Counted from the stretch's first letter, positions 1-10,069 are shown. The stretch is DNA of 64,000 nucleotides from an uncultured Thermoplasmata archaeon (GCA_963838955.1 CAWISZ010000004.1:401979-465978), one strand, 5' to 3'. Numbers and translations: made by a program. Notes: generated by a model not told the origin, from the letters alone.

Positions 1-1
1 G

Positions 2-1510
2 ATCGCCGAGTCGATGTACCAGGACACGGCCTACGTCGACCCGGAGCGTCACTCCCTCGTCCACTTCAAGCGCGGCTACTTCTTCGAGTTCTTCAGCGAT
101 CCGCCGTTCTCCCACGCGGTCTGCGGGGAGCACACGCTCAAGGGGCTCCAGGGGACGTACATCGACGCCGAGGACGGCCGCCTCGAGGGCCGGACGGTGG
201 CCCACGGCGCCGCGGACAGCGTCATGCAATGGAACGTCCCGGCCGACGGAGCCGAGGGCACGACGATCCGTCTGTTCGTTTCGGTCGGTCAGAGCCTCGC
301 GGCCGTGCACCAGACGCGTCAATACGTGGCCAAAGGGGGCGCGGCACGGTTCGAACGCGAGAGCGAGCAGTTCTGGGAGACCTGGGCGCATCGGAGGCTG
401 CCCCAGGCCCCGGTGGAACTGATGGGCAAGGTCGCCGACGTCTACCGCGCGAGCGTGCTCGTGATGCGCCACGTCGCCGGCGCGAACGGCTCGATCATCG
501 CCTCGCCCGACACGCGCAGCCTCGTAGCCTGGGGCGACACCTACAACTTCTGCTGGTGGCGCGACGGCGGATACGTGTCGAAGGCGATGGATGAGGCCGG
601 GCTCTACGAGAACGCCCAGCGCTTCCTCAAATTCGCCCAGAAGTGCCAGGACCCGGACGGTTCGTTCTACCACCGCCACTTCCCCGACGGAGCGATCGGC
701 AGCACCTGGCACCCCCCGCCGTTCCTCCAGATCGACCAGACGGCCACGGTCGTCTCGGCGGTCTGGCACCATTTCAAGCGGGGCGCCGACCCGGAGATCC
801 TCCTCGAACTGTGGCCGATGGTGAAGGGCGCGGCGAACTTCCTGACCCACTTCCGCGATCCCGAGACGCGCCTCCCCGCCGCCTCCTACGATCTCTGGGA
901 GGAGCGGCGGGGGATCCACACCTACTCGACGGCGGCGGTCGGCCACGCGCTCGAACGGGCCGCCCGGATCGCGGAAGAGATCGGCAAGGAGCCGAGCGTC
1001 TGGCGGGACGCCGGCCTCGAGATCCGCGAGGCGGCGCTCGAGCACCTCTGGGACTCCGACCGGCAGTGCTTCCTGCGCTCGCTCGATCCCCGGGACGAAC
1101 GCATGGATTCCTCCCTCCTCCTCGCCCTGAAGCTCGGGCTCGTGCCGTGGAGCGATCCGCGCGCCCGCGACGCGGTCGACGCGGTCGAGGCACGGCTCTG
1201 GTCCCCACGGTTCGGCGGCGTCGCCCGCTACGAGGGGGACACGTACTACGGCGCGGAGAATCCGTGGATCATCTGCACGCTCTGGCTCGCCGAGGCCCGG
1301 CTGCGCCTCGGGGACCGGGATCGCTGCCGGAAGCTCATCGAGTGGGCGGCGGAGCACGCCACCCCCACGCAGATGCTCCCCGAGCAGGTCGACGCGGCGA
1401 CCGGCGAGCCGAAATCCGCCACTCCGCTCACCTGGTCCCACTCCACGTTCGTCGACGTGATCCACAAGTACCAAGAGCCCGAGGAGCGCCGCGCGCTGCT
1501 CGACGAGTGA
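2..1510 (+). CDS. Glycoside hydrolase family 15 (glucoamylase/trehalase-like), 5' partial
   Basis: Frame is open from window position 2. Contains GH15 motifs WWRDGGYV and LWEERRGIHTYS. (alpha/alpha)6 barrel family. Confidence 0.8.
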   Translation: MAESMYQDTAYVDPERHSLVHFKRGYFFEFFSDPPFSHAVCGEHTLKGLQGTYIDAEDGRLEGRTVAHGAADSVMQWNVPADGAEGTTIRLFVSVGQSLAAVHQTRQYVAKGGAARFERESEQFWETWAHRRLPQAPVELMGKVADVYRASVLVMRHVAGANGSIIASPDTRSLVAWGDTYNFCWWRDGGYVSKAMDEAGLYENAQRFLKFAQKCQDPDGSFYHRHFPDGAIGSTWHPPPFLQIDQTATVVSAVWHHFKRGADPEILLELWPMVKGAANFLTHFRDPETRLPAASYDLWEERRGIHTYSTAAVGHALERAARIAEEIGKEPSVWRDAGLEIREAALEHLWDSDRQCFLRSLDPRDERMDSSLLLALKLGLVPWSDPRARDAVDAVEARLWSPRFGGVARYEGDTYYGAENPWIICTLWLAEARLRLGDRDRCRKLIEWAAEHATPTQMLPEQVDAATGEPKSATPLTWSHSTFVDVIHKYQEPEERRALLDE

Positions 1511-1546
1511 TCGACCCGGGCGGCGGGGCCGCGCGTCCGGGGAGCC

Positions 1547-2500
1547 TCAGGACCGACCTTGGGTCGAGGCGATCTGTCCGGAGCGGGAATCCACGCCGAT
1601 CAGCTTCATGTACGCGTCCTCGAGGGTCAGGGTGGCCCCCGCGAAGGAGCGGACCGGGCCGAGCTCGACACATTTGCGCAGGATCGCGACCCGGGTCTCG
1701 TCGCGGCCGTCGTACGTGATGCGGAAGCGCCTCGGCTCGATCATGTCCACGCCGCCGGCGAGCCCCGAGAGCGCGACGAACCGCTCCGCGGGAACCGGTC
1801 GGGCGAACTCCACGTCGACCTCGGTCTCGGCATACATCGAGGAGATCGCGGCGACGGTCTCGTTGAGGAGGATCTTGCCCTGGTTGATGAAGACCGCGCG
1901 ATCGCAGATCTCCGTGACCTCGCTGAGAAGATGCGAGCTCATCAGGATCAGGCGCTCCTTCTTCAGCTGCAATAGGATGTTGCGGATCGCGATGCGCTCC
2001 GCCGGATCGAGCCCGCTCGTCGGCTCGTCCAGGATGATGATCGCCGGATCGCTCAGGAGCGAAGCCGCGATCACGACCCGCTGACGCTGGCCCTTCGACA
2101 GCTTTCCCGACTTCCGCTCCAGCGGAGGCAGGTCGAGCTCCGTCGTGAGCTCTCGGACCCGCGCATGCGTCTCGGCCCGGCTCATGCCGCGCAGGTCCCC
2201 GACCATCTCGAGCGCGGCGGTCGAGCTCTGCCACGGGTACGGTTCGGGCGACTCGATCACGGTCCCGACGTCCCACAGGGCCCGCTTCGGGTCGACGTGT
2301 ACGTCGATGTCGTTGATGAAGGCGTTGCCGCCGGTCGGGTTCGCGAGATGGCTCATCATCTTCAGCGTGGTCGTCTTCCCCGCTCCGTTCGGGCCGAGAT
2401 AGCCGATCGCGCCGTTCCCCTCGAACTTGAACGAGACGTCGCTCAAGGCGAAGAACGAGCCGTACTGCTTCGTCAGATGACGGGCTTCCAAACTCGGCAT
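1547..2500 (-). CDS. ABC transporter ATP-binding protein
   Basis: Walker A GPNGAGKTT, ABC signature LSKGQRQR, Walker B ILDEPTSGLD. Confidence 0.9.
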   Translation of the reverse strand: MPSLEARHLTKQYGSFFALSDVSFKFEGNGAIGYLGPNGAGKTTTLKMMSHLANPTGGNAFINDIDVHVDPKRALWDVGTVIESPEPYPWQSSTAALEMVGDLRGMSRAETHARVRELTTELDLPPLERKSGKLSKGQRQRVVIAASLLSDPAIIILDEPTSGLDPAERIAIRNILLQLKKERLILMSSHLLSEVTEICDRAVFINQGKILLNETVAAISSMYAETEVDVEFARPVPAERFVALSGLAGGVDMIEPRRFRITYDGRDETRVAILRKCVELGPVRSFAGATLTLEDAYMKLIGVDSRSGQIASTQGRS

Positions 2501-2509
2501 GGCTCCTCT

Positions 2510-3307
2510 TCACGTCTCCTGGTGATCGTAGAGCACGAGCGCGATGGCGAGGAATATCACCGTGTACAGGGCCATGATGATCGTCGATTGCCACACCGCC
2601 GGAGAGCCCGCGGAAAGGCCGTACTCGACCGAAGTGGGGATCACGAGGGCCGCGTACAGGATCGACCAGAGGACGTACTGCGAGCCGACCAGGGCCCCGA
2701 TCAGGGCGTCGACGATCATGAACACGACCAGGAGGATGAGGATGGTCACGACGAGCCCGATCGCGGGGCTCTTCGACACCGAGCTCAGACAGAACGCGAA
2801 GGCGAGGATCCCGAGGAGGAGCAACAGCTCGAGGAGGTAGGAGAGGCCGAGGTTGAACCAGGGAACCGCGGCGAACGAATAGAAGTAGATCCCCCCGAAG
2901 AGCGCGAACGCGTAGAAGATCGACAGGAGCAAGACGCTGACGAGGAACGCGGCGGCGAACCGGCCTCCGAGGAGGACGCGGCGCTTGACGGGCAACGCGA
3001 GCGTAAAGTACCCGCTCTTCGTTCCGAAGTCGGTCGAGATGGCGTCCCCGCCGAAGAACGCAGCGGTCACGATCGATAGGAAGCTTGCGAAGCCGAGCAG
3101 GCCGGCGATGTAGCCCGTCGTGGTGGTCCCGAATGCCCCGTGCACGAACACGCCGCCCTTGATCACGAAGGCGATCGTGATCCCGCCCCCGATGGCGAGG
3201 ATGATGGCGAGGATGATCCAGAAGCGGGAGGTCTGCACGTATCCCGCGAGCTGGGTGCGAACCGCGACCTTGAACTGCGAACTGTCGGAGACGATCGATC
3301 GGGCCAT
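2510..3307 (-). CDS. ABC-2 type transporter permease
   Basis: Six hydrophobic TM segments. Lies immediately upstream of the ABC ATPase, 9-bp gap. Confidence 0.75.
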   Translation of the reverse strand: MARSIVSDSSQFKVAVRTQLAGYVQTSRFWIILAIILAIGGGITIAFVIKGGVFVHGAFGTTTTGYIAGLLGFASFLSIVTAAFFGGDAISTDFGTKSGYFTLALPVKRRVLLGGRFAAAFLVSVLLLSIFYAFALFGGIYFYSFAAVPWFNLGLSYLLELLLLLGILAFAFCLSSVSKSPAIGLVVTILILLVVFMIVDALIGALVGSQYVLWSILYAALVIPTSVEYGLSAGSPAVWQSTIIMALYTVIFLAIALVLYDHQET

Positions 3308-3371
3308 CGCGGCGTATCGAAATCGATACTGTATATGAACCTTGGTCCCAACGGGGCGCCGGCGCGTCGGA

Positions 3372-4373
3372 CTAGAGCAGCCGGTACTCCCGGCGACGTG
3401 AATCTCCGAGGGAGACCGACTCCTCCACGAGCCCCTGCTTGCGCAACGACTCGAGCGCGCTCTGCACCGTTCGGCGCGGGAGTCGGGAGAGCTGCACGAG
3501 CTCGCTCTGGTCGGTCCCGCGGTACGTCTCGAGCAGGTAGTACAGGAATTTCGCCGCGGGAGCCCCGTCGACCTTCTTCCCCGTACGAATGCCCCCCAAC
3601 GATTCGCCTCGCAGGCCGAGCCGCTCGGAGGCGAGCGGCGCCACCGACGTCAGTGCGATGTTCCCCAGGTTCACGTCAGAGCCGAGGCGGCGCAGCAGCT
3701 GGACCTGCTGGCTCTCCATCGGGGCCTCGATGATGAGTTCGTCTAGCGGGTGCGCGGACAGGATGGCCCGGACCCAGTCCCACTTGATCGCCCCCTCCCC
3801 GTCGTAGATCCCCACCGAGCGGCCCGCCTCCCGGCTCTCGACGACGACCTGGCGAGGCTGCTGGGTCCGGGCCCAGCCGATCTGATCGAGGGTCTCCTTG
3901 AGCGAAAGCTGCTGCTGGAGGTCCTTCTTACCGACCTCGATGTAGACATCGAGCCCCCGTCGCTTCCCCTCGGCGGTGAGGCGTTCCATCTGGTCTCGGG
4001 AAAGATCGAGGATCCCGTTGGAGACCTCCAGGATGTCGAACCCAAGCTCCCGGGCCTCGCCGATCATCTCGAAGGCCCGATTGTGGCTGACCGCGTACTC
4101 CAGCAGCGTTCCACCCGTGGAGACCTCGATGCCTCGGTCGTGGTACAGGCCGATGCGCGCTCGCACCTTGTCCCGGGGGATGAGGAGCGGCAGCCCCCAA
4201 CCGATCTTCGCCACGTCGATGTACGGGGCAAGTTCATCGAGCTCGGAGGCGCGCAGGCCGTGAAGCCGGTCGAGTACGTGGGTGATCCCTTTCGTTCGGG
4301 GACGCTCGACCCGAGGCAATTCCGCCGGAAAGAACTTCCCGGATACCTTCGCTCGAACCGTCTTTGCCATCAA
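3372..4373 (-). CDS. Phosphosulfolactate synthase (ComA)-like domain fused to a C-terminal winged-helix DNA-binding domain
   Basis: N-terminal 250 aa match ComA family motifs PYIDVAKIGWG, GGTLLEYA, EVGKK, ESREAGRSVGIYD and EAPMESQQVQLLRRLGSDVNLGNIA. C-terminal 70 aa (LYYLLETYRGTDQSELVQLSRLPRRTVQSALESLRKQGLV) are MarR/PadR-like wHTH. Confidence 0.75.
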   Translation of the reverse strand: MMAKTVRAKVSGKFFPAELPRVERPRTKGITHVLDRLHGLRASELDELAPYIDVAKIGWGLPLLIPRDKVRARIGLYHDRGIEVSTGGTLLEYAVSHNRAFEMIGEARELGFDILEVSNGILDLSRDQMERLTAEGKRRGLDVYIEVGKKDLQQQLSLKETLDQIGWARTQQPRQVVVESREAGRSVGIYDGEGAIKWDWVRAILSAHPLDELIIEAPMESQQVQLLRRLGSDVNLGNIALTSVAPLASERLGLRGESLGGIRTGKKVDGAPAAKFLYYLLETYRGTDQSELVQLSRLPRRTVQSALESLRKQGLVEESVSLGDSRRREYRLL

Positions 4374-4853
4374 ACTCCCCGATTAGGCGCAGTATGCGCC
4401 GACGCCCACTTCCTCCGCGGGTATAGCCTCTCCGGCGAGATCGACCGAGATTCGCAGCTCGCGCAACGGGCGCCTCCAGGGCATACCGAGCAATCGTTCC
4501 GTCCCCGTCTCGACCAAGTCCGTCCGCCGGGACCACTGCCGAAGTTGACACGAGAAGCGCGCACAGTGCGACGACCCAGCCGCGGGCGAAGGCGGCGGCC
4601 CGTCCGCCTCCTTCGATGGGAGAGGGCGGAGCGAGGAGCGTTCGATGCGAGCCTCCCGTCTGAAGCGGGCTCCTGCGGCGAAGGGAAGTCTCGCAAGCTC
4701 CCGCCTCTCCGTCATGAGGTCGATCGCGACTCTATCTCCTCGATTTCAGGAGCTCATCGGACCCCTCCGTCCGTACGAACGCTCTAGGGAACCGCGCACT
4801 CCTCATCTAGGGTTGCGCCGGCCGCGCCGAACAATGCGGGCCGAACGGCAAGG

Positions 4854-4861
4854 CTAATAAT
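4854..4861 (+). promoter_or_regulatory. TATA-like box about 25 nt upstream of the leaderless vapB start, inside an AT-rich near-palindromic motif
   Basis: taataata lies in an AT-rich island of a 65% GC genome. ACATATG / CATGTATA near-palindrome overlaps it. Confidence 0.4.
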
Positions 4862-4881
4862 ACATATGAACATGTATATTC

Positions 4882-5088
4882 ATGCCTTCGCAAAACATCG
4901 CCGTGCAGAAGGGCGTGTACGATGCCCTGCGAAAGGAGAAACGCGGAGAGGAGAGTTTCACGGAGTTGTTCCGCCGCTTGCTCGACGAGCGGGGCGCCCT
5001 CGAGGAGATCCTCGGGAGCTGGGGGAAGACGTCGGCGGCCGCCGACCGGGCCGCCCTCCACCGCCTGCGGGAGGGAGGTCGGTCGTGA
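4882..5088 (+). CDS. VapB-like antitoxin (small DNA-binding protein)
   Basis: 68 aa. Begins MPSQNIAVQKGVYDALRKEKRGEESFTELFRRLL, typical of archaeal VapB/COG1753. Stop overlaps the GTG start of the downstream PIN gene. Confidence 0.6.
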   Translation: MPSQNIAVQKGVYDALRKEKRGEESFTELFRRLLDERGALEEILGSWGKTSAAADRAALHRLREGGRS

Positions 5089-5474
5089 AAGCCCTCGACA
5101 CGCCCGTCCTTCTCGCGCTCCTCCAGGGAGCTCCCACGGCGAAAGCGCTCCTGAAGTCGCTCTCGGGGGAGGAGCTCGCGACGACGGAGGCCAATATGCT
5201 CGAGCTCTCGGCGCTGGCGGCCCGCAGCGACTCCAGAACCTCGCGCATCCGGGCCCTCGAACGGCTTCGCCGGCGCCTAACGGTGCTTCCGATCGATCCG
5301 CAGGCGGTTGTCGAGGTCACCGGCCGACGGTCGGGCGACCGAGCGGGCAGTATGCTCGTATGGGCGATGTACGGCGCCCTCCAGACGCGTGGCTGCGCAG
5401 AACTGATCACCGACACGAGAGGCACACTCCCCGGCGGTCGCTGGCGGTTCAAGGTCCGTCGTGTTCGATTATAG
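5085..5474 (+). CDS. VapC PIN-domain toxin
   Basis: GTG start overlaps the antitoxin stop (GTGA). N-terminus VKALDTPVLLALL carries the conserved Asp of PIN domains. About 129 aa. Confidence 0.6.
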   Translation: MKALDTPVLLALLQGAPTAKALLKSLSGEELATTEANMLELSALAARSDSRTSRIRALERLRRRLTVLPIDPQAVVEVTGRRSGDRAGSMLVWAMYGALQTRGCAELITDTRGTLPGGRWRFKVRRVRL

Positions 5475-6256
5475 ATAACTGACAATCGACTGTTACGTAT
5501 GTACAGAGTCTTCGACTTGTTTACTAGGCGACGCACGGACCGGCCTGCTAAGGAAGATCGCATTACGAGGCCGTACACGGGTTTTCGGATCCAGAGGAGG
5601 GCTGGAGGGCTCCCTAGACTCCTTTACATGGATTCCGCTGTATACCATATTCAGTAATGTATAAAGCGTAATAATAGTTCCTAATCATCCGATATAGGGG
5701 GCAGGCAACCGGAGGGATCGCCGTACCTGAGTGCATTCTCTGACGGAGCGGCGTATAACAGGAGTTATACAAACCCCCAAGGGATTCGTTCCACCCCAGC
5801 CAGACTCTCGAAGACACGAGTGGATCTCCACTTGGGGCCGAAGCCCGCTGCCAGCGAACGAATCGTCCCTGCCGGAATCCCGAACCCCGCAGCCGACATG
5901 CGTCGGGGTCTCGGGTTCGCGAAGGCTCCATTTCAGCGACCGATCGTGGATGAGCGTGATTACCGTACGTAGGAATCGTTACTTACGTTTCTCAAGCCGC
6001 AGGTATCGCTACGGTCTGAGTCCAGTTCGGACCGCCCGAACCGAGGATCGCATCCACCGCGTAGGGAGGCATGCGATCGATCGGCCGGGGCCGGACGGGC
6101 AGTCTACGCCAGTGGGGGTGGTGCAGTACTACATATGTATACATATATGTATGGAATGCCTCCATCGCAGCCGTTCCCACCGCACGGTGTCGCTCGGAAG
6201 GGTGCGTGTGGACGCCTCGGAGCGCCCGCCGGTGCGGAAGGTGCCCCGGAACCCGT

Positions 6257-7585
6257 CTACGGGGGCGGGGAGGCAGTTCGGGGACGGCCGCCTCCGCCCA
6301 GCGGGGTCGGAGTCCGGTACGCGCTCACGTACAACCACACCACGGTAACCGCGAGGATGACACCGAACAGCATCCCCGCGTTGGTAAGGCCGATCGTTTC
6401 GGATGCTTCGGCGACGCCGATGGTCGGGACCGCGAGTGCGAGGTAGCCGGCGCTGTAGAACCCGGCCAGGATCTCCCCGCGTTTGTCCTCCGGGGAGACT
6501 CGATCGATGAGGGTAACACTCCCCATGAACGTGAGGCCGATCGACACGCCCACTCCCGCGCTCACGAGGAGGAGCAACGACCATGAGGTCAGCGGAAGGA
6601 TCACCACGAGGGCGACGAGCGCGACGAGCAAGAGCGGGAATCCCACGAGGAGCGCCCGTCGATCCCGGATCTGAGACGTTCCCAGCTGGGTGGCCGCCGC
6701 CGTTCCGAACATGAGGGCGACGACGACGCCCGCGGCGAGCGGGCTCGAGATGTCGAGTTCGCTCCGCAGGTAGGAGGGGATGAGCGCTGCGAAGAGGCCG
6801 TAGATCGAGTAGCACGCGGCGATTCCGCCGGCAGCGACCCAGAACCAGCGCCGGAGCGCAGGGGGGACCGAGATGCGTTGGATCCGCACCTTGAGATGGA
6901 GTCCGACGGCCGCTGCAGTCTCGGGAGTGACGTAGACCGCGCATAGGCCGATGACGCTCGCGAGCACCGGCAACAGGTAGACGAGATCCGTGGGGTAGGT
7001 GGCGTACTCCACGAGGAACCCGCTCAGCGCCACGCCGATCGCGAATCCGCCGAAGTTGGCCGCGACCGCGACGCGAGCGACGTGATGCTGGTCTCGGTAC
7101 GGCTCGAGATCGCTCATCGCCGCCGTGGCCACGGAGGTGGTCACCCCCACGGCCATCCCCGAGACGATCCGTGCGAGAGCGAGCCATGCGACCCCCGGAG
7201 CGAACGCGAAGATCGCAGCGCCGAGCGCCGTGAAGATCATCCCCAGGTACAGCATCTTCTTCCGGCCCACACGCTCGGCTTGGGGGGCCACGAAGAACAG
7301 TGTCAGGAGCACTCCGGCCGTGTAAGCTCCGAAGACGAGCCCGAGAGTTCCAGAGGAGAATTGGAACTGTTGCTGGTACAGGGGGTAGAGCGGGGTCGGG
7401 ATTGCGGCCGCGAACGCCGTGACCGCGAGAACGTACGCCGTCCAACGGAACGCACCGCGGGGGCCCCGGATCATGAACGAGCGCAACCCGTCCGAGCCGG
7501 CAGGCGCGTTTGCCGCGCTCACGACCGTGGTCCTGGGTGGTGGAGGCATACCCGGGAGGGGACGCTGTCGGTCACGGGGCCCCAA
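6257..7585 (-). CDS. MFS transporter
   Basis: 442 aa with 12 predicted TM helices and MFS-like loops. The true start may be the internal Met (MIRGPRG). Confidence 0.8.
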   Translation of the reverse strand: MGPRDRQRPLPGMPPPPRTTVVSAANAPAGSDGLRSFMIRGPRGAFRWTAYVLAVTAFAAAIPTPLYPLYQQQFQFSSGTLGLVFGAYTAGVLLTLFFVAPQAERVGRKKMLYLGMIFTALGAAIFAFAPGVAWLALARIVSGMAVGVTTSVATAAMSDLEPYRDQHHVARVAVAANFGGFAIGVALSGFLVEYATYPTDLVYLLPVLASVIGLCAVYVTPETAAAVGLHLKVRIQRISVPPALRRWFWVAAGGIAACYSIYGLFAALIPSYLRSELDISSPLAAGVVVALMFGTAAATQLGTSQIRDRRALLVGFPLLLVALVALVVILPLTSWSLLLLVSAGVGVSIGLTFMGSVTLIDRVSPEDKRGEILAGFYSAGYLALAVPTIGVAEASETIGLTNAGMLFGVILAVTVVWLYVSAYRTPTPLGGGGRPRTASPPP

Positions 7586-7621
7586 ATCCGAGCGGACTTA
7601 TTCAGTATCGGGCCGCCCGGT

Positions 7622-9048
7622 TTAGACCCCGATCAGTGCCGGTTCGGAGGAGCGACCCTGGCTCGATGCCGCGGGCCATAGCAGGACCGCGCCGATCACG
7701 CAGAGGACCCCCGAAGTGGCGAAGGCGAGGACCGGCGTGAAGTACGTCCACAGGGCGCCGACGAGCAAGGATCCCAACAGGATCGTAGCCCCTGCACCGT
7801 TCCGAGACGACCGAAAGCCCGGCCGGCGAGTTGCGGGGAGACGTTCCGGGCGACCCAGGCAGCCTCGGCGACCCCCTGGATGCCCACCTGGACACCCGCG
7901 ACCACGAACGCGAGGACTCCGATGAGGAGTCCTCCGCCGACCACGAGGAAGAGATCGACCAGTGCGAATAGGACGAAGGACAGCGCTACAAGCCCGAGCC
8001 CGGGAGAACGGTCCGACAGGTGCCCGGCCGGGTACGATACGATCGTGTAGAGGACGTTGTAGAGGAGGTAGAGGAGGAGCGCGGTGATCGTGATGGCAGC
8101 GACCGATCCGCCCGTGGCCGGCAGTAGGTTCTCCCCCACCCGCAAAAGCGCGAGGAGGATGCTGAAGTACCCCAGCCCGAACACGGCCTCGGCGAGCAGG
8201 AACCACCGGAACGATCGGGGGAGCTGGGCGGGCGCTCGGGGGGCGGGCGTCGTGGGCTCGACCGCGGCCTGCTTGCGGTCCCGGACGATGAACAGCACGA
8301 TGATCACGGCGACGGCGCTCGGGATGATGCTCACGAGAAAGATCGTGCGAAAGGCCGGCGTCGGGTCCGCGCCGGGCCCGTAGGCGTAGGTGGCCAGGAC
8401 CGCCACGGCGACCACCGTGCCGATGATCGCGCCGGCGGAATCCAGGGCCTGCTCCAGGCCGAACGTGCGGCCCTGACGGCCGGGAGGCGAGGCGTTGGCG
8501 AGCATGGCGCCCTTGATCGGCTGGCGCGTCCCGCGTCCCAACCAGGCGCTGACGCGTAGCAGGAGAACCTGAGGCCAGGCCGTAGTGAGCGCGATCAGGC
8601 CGTGCGCCGCGCCGGTGATCGCGTAGCCGATCGCGGCCTTGCCCTTCCGGTCGCGTCCTCGAGTCCAGCGATCGCCCGAGACCGTCGACATCACGCTCTG
8701 GCCAAACTGCGCGGCTCCGTCCACCAGGCCGACGATGAAAGGGGATGCCGCGAGCGAGAACGCCAGGAAGAAGGGCAGGATCGGGAGGACCATCTCGTAT
8801 CCCCAGTCGGCGAACAGGCTGGTGAACGAGATCGCCCACACATCCCCTGGAATCGGTTCTCGAGGACCCGCCGCGCTGGCCTCCACGGTATCCGGGATGC
8901 GGATCCGAGGAAGCTCTTCCGTGCTCACGGCCGGCTGGGGGACCGAAATCGAGGGCAGGTATTGAACGTATGGAGGCGCGGCTCGTCGCAGATGCGCGCC
9001 CGGTGGCGGAGCAGGCCGAGCGCGATGGCTATATTCACTCACCGGCAT
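7622..9048 (-). pseudogene. MFS transporter interrupted by an apparent -1 frameshift near 7797-7806
   Basis: The N-terminal 415 aa are in one frame (ORF 7696..9048). The C-terminal TM segment (NGAGATILLGSLLVGALWTYFTPVLAFATSGVLCVIGAVLL) continues in the adjacent frame (ORF 7622..8839). Inserting one base gives ...GRLGNGAGAT... Confidence 0.55.
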
Positions 9049-9092
9049 CGGATGGTCGGAGCTGCCGGGCCTAGGTCCGGTGGACCCGCACG

Positions 9093-10043
9093 ATGAAGAC
9101 GGAAGCCAAGAAAGTCTGGATGGACGGCACGCTCGTCGACTTCGCGGACGCCAAGTCCCACGTGCTCGGCCACTCGCTCCATTACGGGGTGGCGGTCTTC
9201 GAAGGGATCCGCGCGTACCCGACCGCCCGCGGTACGGCGATCTTCCGCCTCAAGGAGCACGTGGAGCGGTTCCTCGCCTCCGCTCGTTTCTACTTCCTAC
9301 CCGTGCCGTACAGCGCCGCGGAGATCGAGCGCGCGATCATCGAGACGACCGCCGCGAACGACATCGCCCCCGCCTACATCCGCCCCCTGATCTACCGAGG
9401 CGAGCCGGGCCTCGGCGTGAAGAACTTGACCGGCAAGGTCTCGCTCACGATCGGGGTGATCCCGGCGACCAAGTACCTCGGTGCCACCTCCAACGAGGGC
9501 GTGAAGACGAAGATCTCCCCGTTCCGCAAGCCCCGCTCGGACGCCATCCCATCGTGGGCCAAAGCGGCGGGCAACTACCTCAACAGCTACCTCGCGGGGA
9601 TCGACGCGCTGAAGGAGGGCTACGAGGAGGCCATCCTCCTCGACGCCCTCGGCCACCTCGCCGAGGGGACGGGCGAGAACATCTTTCTCGTGCGGAACCG
9701 CACGCTGTACACCCCCGGTCCGGAGTCGGACATCCTCATGGGAGTCACGCGCGACTCCGTCATTCGAATCGCCCGAGATCTCGACTACGAGGTCGTGGAG
9801 AAGCCTCTGTCGGTCAACGAGCTCTTCTCCGCCGACGAGGCGTTCTTCTCGGGAACGTACGCCGAGATCGCCCCGATCCGCTCGGTGGGACAGTACGTCA
9901 TCGGCACCGGAAAGGTCGGTCCCGTGACCCGGGACATCTCCGAGGTCTACTACCGGACGGTGAAGGGCGAGGAGAAGAAGTACGCCGACTGGCTCACGCT
10001 CGTTCCGAAGCTGACGACCCCGACCGTCCGACCTCGAGCGTAA
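9093..10043 (+). CDS. ilvE: Branched-chain amino acid aminotransferase
   Basis: Class IV aminotransferase motifs. 316 aa with full-length similarity to the IlvE family. Confidence 0.9.
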   Translation: MKTEAKKVWMDGTLVDFADAKSHVLGHSLHYGVAVFEGIRAYPTARGTAIFRLKEHVERFLASARFYFLPVPYSAAEIERAIIETTAANDIAPAYIRPLIYRGEPGLGVKNLTGKVSLTIGVIPATKYLGATSNEGVKTKISPFRKPRSDAIPSWAKAAGNYLNSYLAGIDALKEGYEEAILLDALGHLAEGTGENIFLVRNRTLYTPGPESDILMGVTRDSVIRIARDLDYEVVEKPLSVNELFSADEAFFSGTYAEIAPIRSVGQYVIGTGKVGPVTRDISEVYYRTVKGEEKKYADWLTLVPKLTTPTVRPRA

Positions 10044-10069
10044 CGCGCTCGGACGTGCGAGCGGAGCCG

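Noticed and set aside
643-2594. Long ORFs 643..1719 (+) and 1428..2594 (-) overlapping GH15 and the ABC ATPase
   Set aside because: Their Arg/Gly/Pro-rich low-complexity composition is typical of alternative-frame ORFs in 65% GC DNA. The overlapping frames carry clear GH15 and ABC motifs.
5614-5931. 105-aa ORF on the minus strand inside the 780-bp spacer
   Set aside because: It lies in a lower-GC region with atypical composition (Trp/Cys/Tyr-rich, no motifs). It is more likely non-coding.
4374-6256. SRP RNA or RNase P RNA in the two long non-coding gaps
   Set aside because: Segments such as CCGGAATCCCGAACCCCGCAGCC loosely resemble SRP helix 8. The diagnostic GGAA / AGCAG asymmetric-loop motifs and RNase P P4 sequences could not be confirmed by eye.
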